Positions 60,801-64,000 of a DNA stretch of 64,000 nucleotides are shown one piece after another. Made by a program: the position numbers and the translations under genes. Every line of letters starts with the position of its first letter. Within the stretch, counting starts at the first letter, position 1. Under the pieces are notes generated by a model that had not been told where the DNA came from, made no database searches, and saw nothing but the letters and a program-made list of their open reading frames with translations. The stretch is from assembly GCA_010093605.1 (NCBI GenBank), contig MU004182.1:777032-841031 (forward strand), in the 5' to 3' direction. This stretch comes from Lophium mytilinum (taxonomy: Eukaryota).

Positions 60801-63487
60801 ACCTGAATCGTGCCCTTGCGGGTCAGCCCACTCGCGCTGTTGGCCGCCACGCTGCAGTCAGACGCCAGCCGTCTGGAAAGGGACGGATTGGGGACAGCCC
60901 GGCCCAGAGAGGCATCTCGAGCATCGCGGTGGGCTGTGGCGTTGGCGATACGCGGTATTTGCTGCCAGCTGTCAACGAATCGCCGAGCGCGCTATTCCCG
61001 GCTAACCTCTTGGGTAGGATGGCATTTCGAGAAGGGAGCACTTCCTCGGTTTCTGCGAAGGCCTGCCCCACAGTCCACTTGACACTGTCGGCCACCCCTC
61101 CGCGCTATACAATTGGTCACTCTGACCCCCGTTGGACAATCTTGGAACCATCATGACGCAGCCCTGCGGTTGGGACCCTGGCGATGCGTCGTGGTGTGGT
61201 GCTGTTGACCCTCAAAGGGCCGCCCTCTCGCCGAAAATCCACCCCAACCAGCCGTCGATATCGGTACGGGAGCGTTCCATCTCTTCAGGCTCGGAACAGT
61301 CTTCCGTTCTGCTCCCAGAAGCAACAAGCTGCGAGCAGCAAGAACACGCGACTGCGGCTGTGATTCGGCGAGTGAAACTCCATGCATTGCGATGCAGCCA
61401 AGAAAGATTCCCCGGCGGACGCGCCGTTTCCGCGGCTTGTTGCTCTCTCTCGTCTCGCCCAGCCATCCCCATCAATGGTTGTGATGGATCATGGCCATCT
61501 CCAAATCTGATGTCTCCAGCGGCACCAGCCACAGCTACTACTAGCGCCCTCCCTAACACCAGGCTCGCGGCAGCCCACACCACCAAGACCCAGCACCCTC
61601 CCCAAACCTCCCTCACCAAAACTGACGCCGGAGGTGTGGGTGTTTCGCGCAAGGGTAGCCCCCTGCCGTCGTTTTTTTCCTTCCCCTCCACCAATTGGTC
61701 AGCTTTATGCACGCTCCCCGATCACGCGTCGCCTCGGCCTTTTTTCCCAGCCATAGCGCCGACTTGGCCCCAAGCCTCGCGTGGGCATGCCAGGGGCTTA
61801 GGGCCGATCTGAGCTTCGTTCCATTCCGGGAATCCGGATCCCGTGCCTTTTATGCCGTCTTTGGCAGTGCCGGCGCTGGGACCCGGGCTGGCCCCCTCTC
61901 CAGCCAGAGACACCGTGGCGGGAACCTCGATCCCAGCTTCCAGCCCTTTACGCGGCCTGCAGCACCAAAGGCGCACGCTATGCAACCTGCCTCTTGTGGC
62001 GGCGTCCAGCGCTCATCGACGCTGTCAGACTTGCAGCAAGACGGTTGGGGTTCTGCAGGTCACTGTCAAGTCACGAATCCTAACGGGCACGGTTCCAGCG
62101 CTCCTCCTCTGCTGTCGGGATGCGAACCCAAACCCAAGACTAACCATCGCAGCTTTACCGCCAGCCGTAGCCGCTAGCAAATGTATTTTCCCTCCGTCTT
62201 ATTTTTTTGCAATTTGGAATCTGTGAACAGCGCTTTTTCCCCACAGTATCGCCGGGGCCTTGGTTGGACTGTGGGGCTGGACCGGGCCTGTGAAGTGGTA
62301 TGTATTTCAGGGATCTCGACATCCGAGGAACACCCACCAGGTCGCCGTTCACTATCAAATATTTGTGCACAGGAACCATCATCTGGAACCCGAACCCGGT
62401 CTCCGCCTTTGACATAGCAATGAAAGGTAATGAGATGTAGACCGTGATGTCACTACTGAACTTCAGAAGTGTAATTCCGCGTACCCCCTGATACATGCAT
62501 GATTAATGGGGGATTCGGCGTTCCCGCGCGCCACTAATCGTGACATCTGGATCTTTCCTGGGCCCTGACCATAGCATACGTAACTACATCCTGTTGTTAA
62601 TATTGCTTTTATAGCCCGCTGACCCTGACTGTGCTGAATCAGTCTAAGCCAATAAATAAATAGTACCTTGAACAATAGCGGTGAAATAGTATGTCGAACA
62701 ATAGGGGTGGAGTTCCAGACACATTGCACAAGCCATCTCCTACACAATGATACCCCGTCTGAGTGAAGAGAGGAAGCCAAGAGGGTTCAACTCAGGAATC
62801 CTCAACCACTCCTCGGGCCTTTCCAACTCCACTGCATATAAGTGCCGCAATACAAGACCCTCACGTCCGTACCAATTCATCACGGTCATCTCCCACACGA
62901 ATGAAATGCCTAAAACGTATTTGTTCTCATCTAGTCACTACCTAGGAAAGCTTTTCCATAAAAGACGCCCATACCATGAAAAAAAGCAGCACCCCTTATG
63001 GGGCAATCGAGCGCGCCCAGATAGAGGACGAAAAAAGACCCTGGGACCTCCCTGCCGTCCGACCATTCTGTCTTTCGAGACCAGAAAAGGCCCAATGAAA
63101 AAAAGACATGCTGAGGTTCTAATTTGAGAGAGAAAATGAAAATTGGTAACCCCAACCTCAATAAGCCCCACCCTGCCGAGCAGAATGTGTGTGACTAACA
63201 TGCTGTCCCGCCCGTGCATTATTGCTGGAGGAGAAAGTCGCAGCACGATTCCACCATGAGATCAAGGGAAAAGGAAAAAGGGGATAGACAGATTGACTGT
63301 GTGAGAGAGAGGAAACCCCCGTATGAAACTTCTAATGAGTACGCCACACCACCAACACCGACTTTGCTGGAGCGATTGAAGTAAGCCTCTTGCGCGAGGC
63401 AATGAGAGATGTGCTTTCGCTGCTGATCACATACCGGCCACTTGTAAGAACCAAGTAGCGGGGCTTGCTTCGAAGATGAAGTCCGCT

Positions 63488-63938
63488 CTACCAACGGCTG
63501 TTCCGGAGCGGAGCGCTGTTGGATCCAGAGTAGCCTGTACAAATTAGTTAGCATCGTTTATCTAAGGGTTTGCAGGAGTCAAACATCTAGTAGCGGGATC
63601 CCCTACCTCCACCGCGGCCTCCTCCGCCACGACCACGACCACCGCGCCATCCACCTCCTCCGCCGCCGCCGCCGTACCGTGCCATCTCAGCTAGACGAGG
63701 ATCGATCTGTTGCTTGGACTCGGTAAGTACGGAAACGAGGTCACGAGCTTGCTTCGAGTCTGCCATGCGTTAGTCTTTGTTCAAGCCGAAAACGTGGTAG
63801 GTGACATACTCTCTGTAGTGAACAGAGTGATGGCGGTACCATTGGCACCAGCACGACCAGTTCGTCCAATGCGATGAACGTAGTCTTCCGAGTTGTTCGG
63901 GTAGTCATAGTTGAACACATGAGTGATGTTTTTGACGT
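63488..63938 (-). CDS. DBP2: DEAD-box RNA helicase Dbp2/p68, 3' exons only (the gene continues beyond the window)
   Basis: Not in the ORF track. The spliced translation is [31 protein letters not shown]...[29 protein letters not shown], then an RGG tail and [15 protein letters not shown]. Introns at 63760-63809 and about 63535-63606. Confidence 0.92.
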
Positions 63939-64000
63939 CTTGATAGAACCGTTAGCATGTCTCAGGGTAAGTGGATGATCAAAACGATCTGTTGATCGTC

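Noticed and set aside
58066..62226. Many long overlapping ORFs (e.g. 375, 270, 246, 237 and 226 aa) upstream of con7
   Set aside because: Arg/Ala/Pro/Cys-rich translations in all frames with no recognisable motif; expected by chance in GC-rich non-coding DNA.
62360..62465. tRNA-like fragment on the minus strand (GGAGACCGGGTTCG)
   Set aside because: No T-stem closure, D-arm or acceptor stem could be built.

Overview
Intron-containing DNA from a filamentous ascomycete (Pezizomycotina). The evidence is short GT-AG introns with CTRAC/CTAAC branch points and fungal-type genes such as con7 and an atg28-like gene. I can support about 24 protein-coding genes. Most are housekeeping or metabolic: a methyltransferase, an MDR enoyl reductase, an amidase, an SDR, a ZZ/EF-hand protein, an alpha/beta hydrolase, Atg28-like, an alpha-carbonic anhydrase, a WDR68-like WD40 protein, a Cab4-like adenylyltransferase, F-box-like proteins, DUF3292, EthD, a kinesin, a PPR protein, Con7 and the 3' end of DBP2. 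The most striking element is hidden from the ORF track by splicing. It is a six-exon gene of ~1025 aa (41770->38412, minus strand) fusing a HeLo-like/STAND N-terminal domain and TPR-like helices to a divergent Rho1-type GTPase domain that has no CAAX box and a rewritten switch I. It sits head-to-head with a GNAT-ankyrin gene and is a candidate fungal immune or guard module with an integrated Rho decoy (inference). Other notable items are a secreted GATase-like (BPL_N) protein carrying two His/Cys-rich repeats behind Kex2-like sites, a spliced 39-aa zinc-ribbon microprotein, a ~145-bp tandem repeat, recurrent local C-to-G skew inversions and several non-canonical splice sites. No tRNA, rRNA, CRISPR array or intact transposon was recognised. 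All family assignments are from motif recognition; no database search was run.
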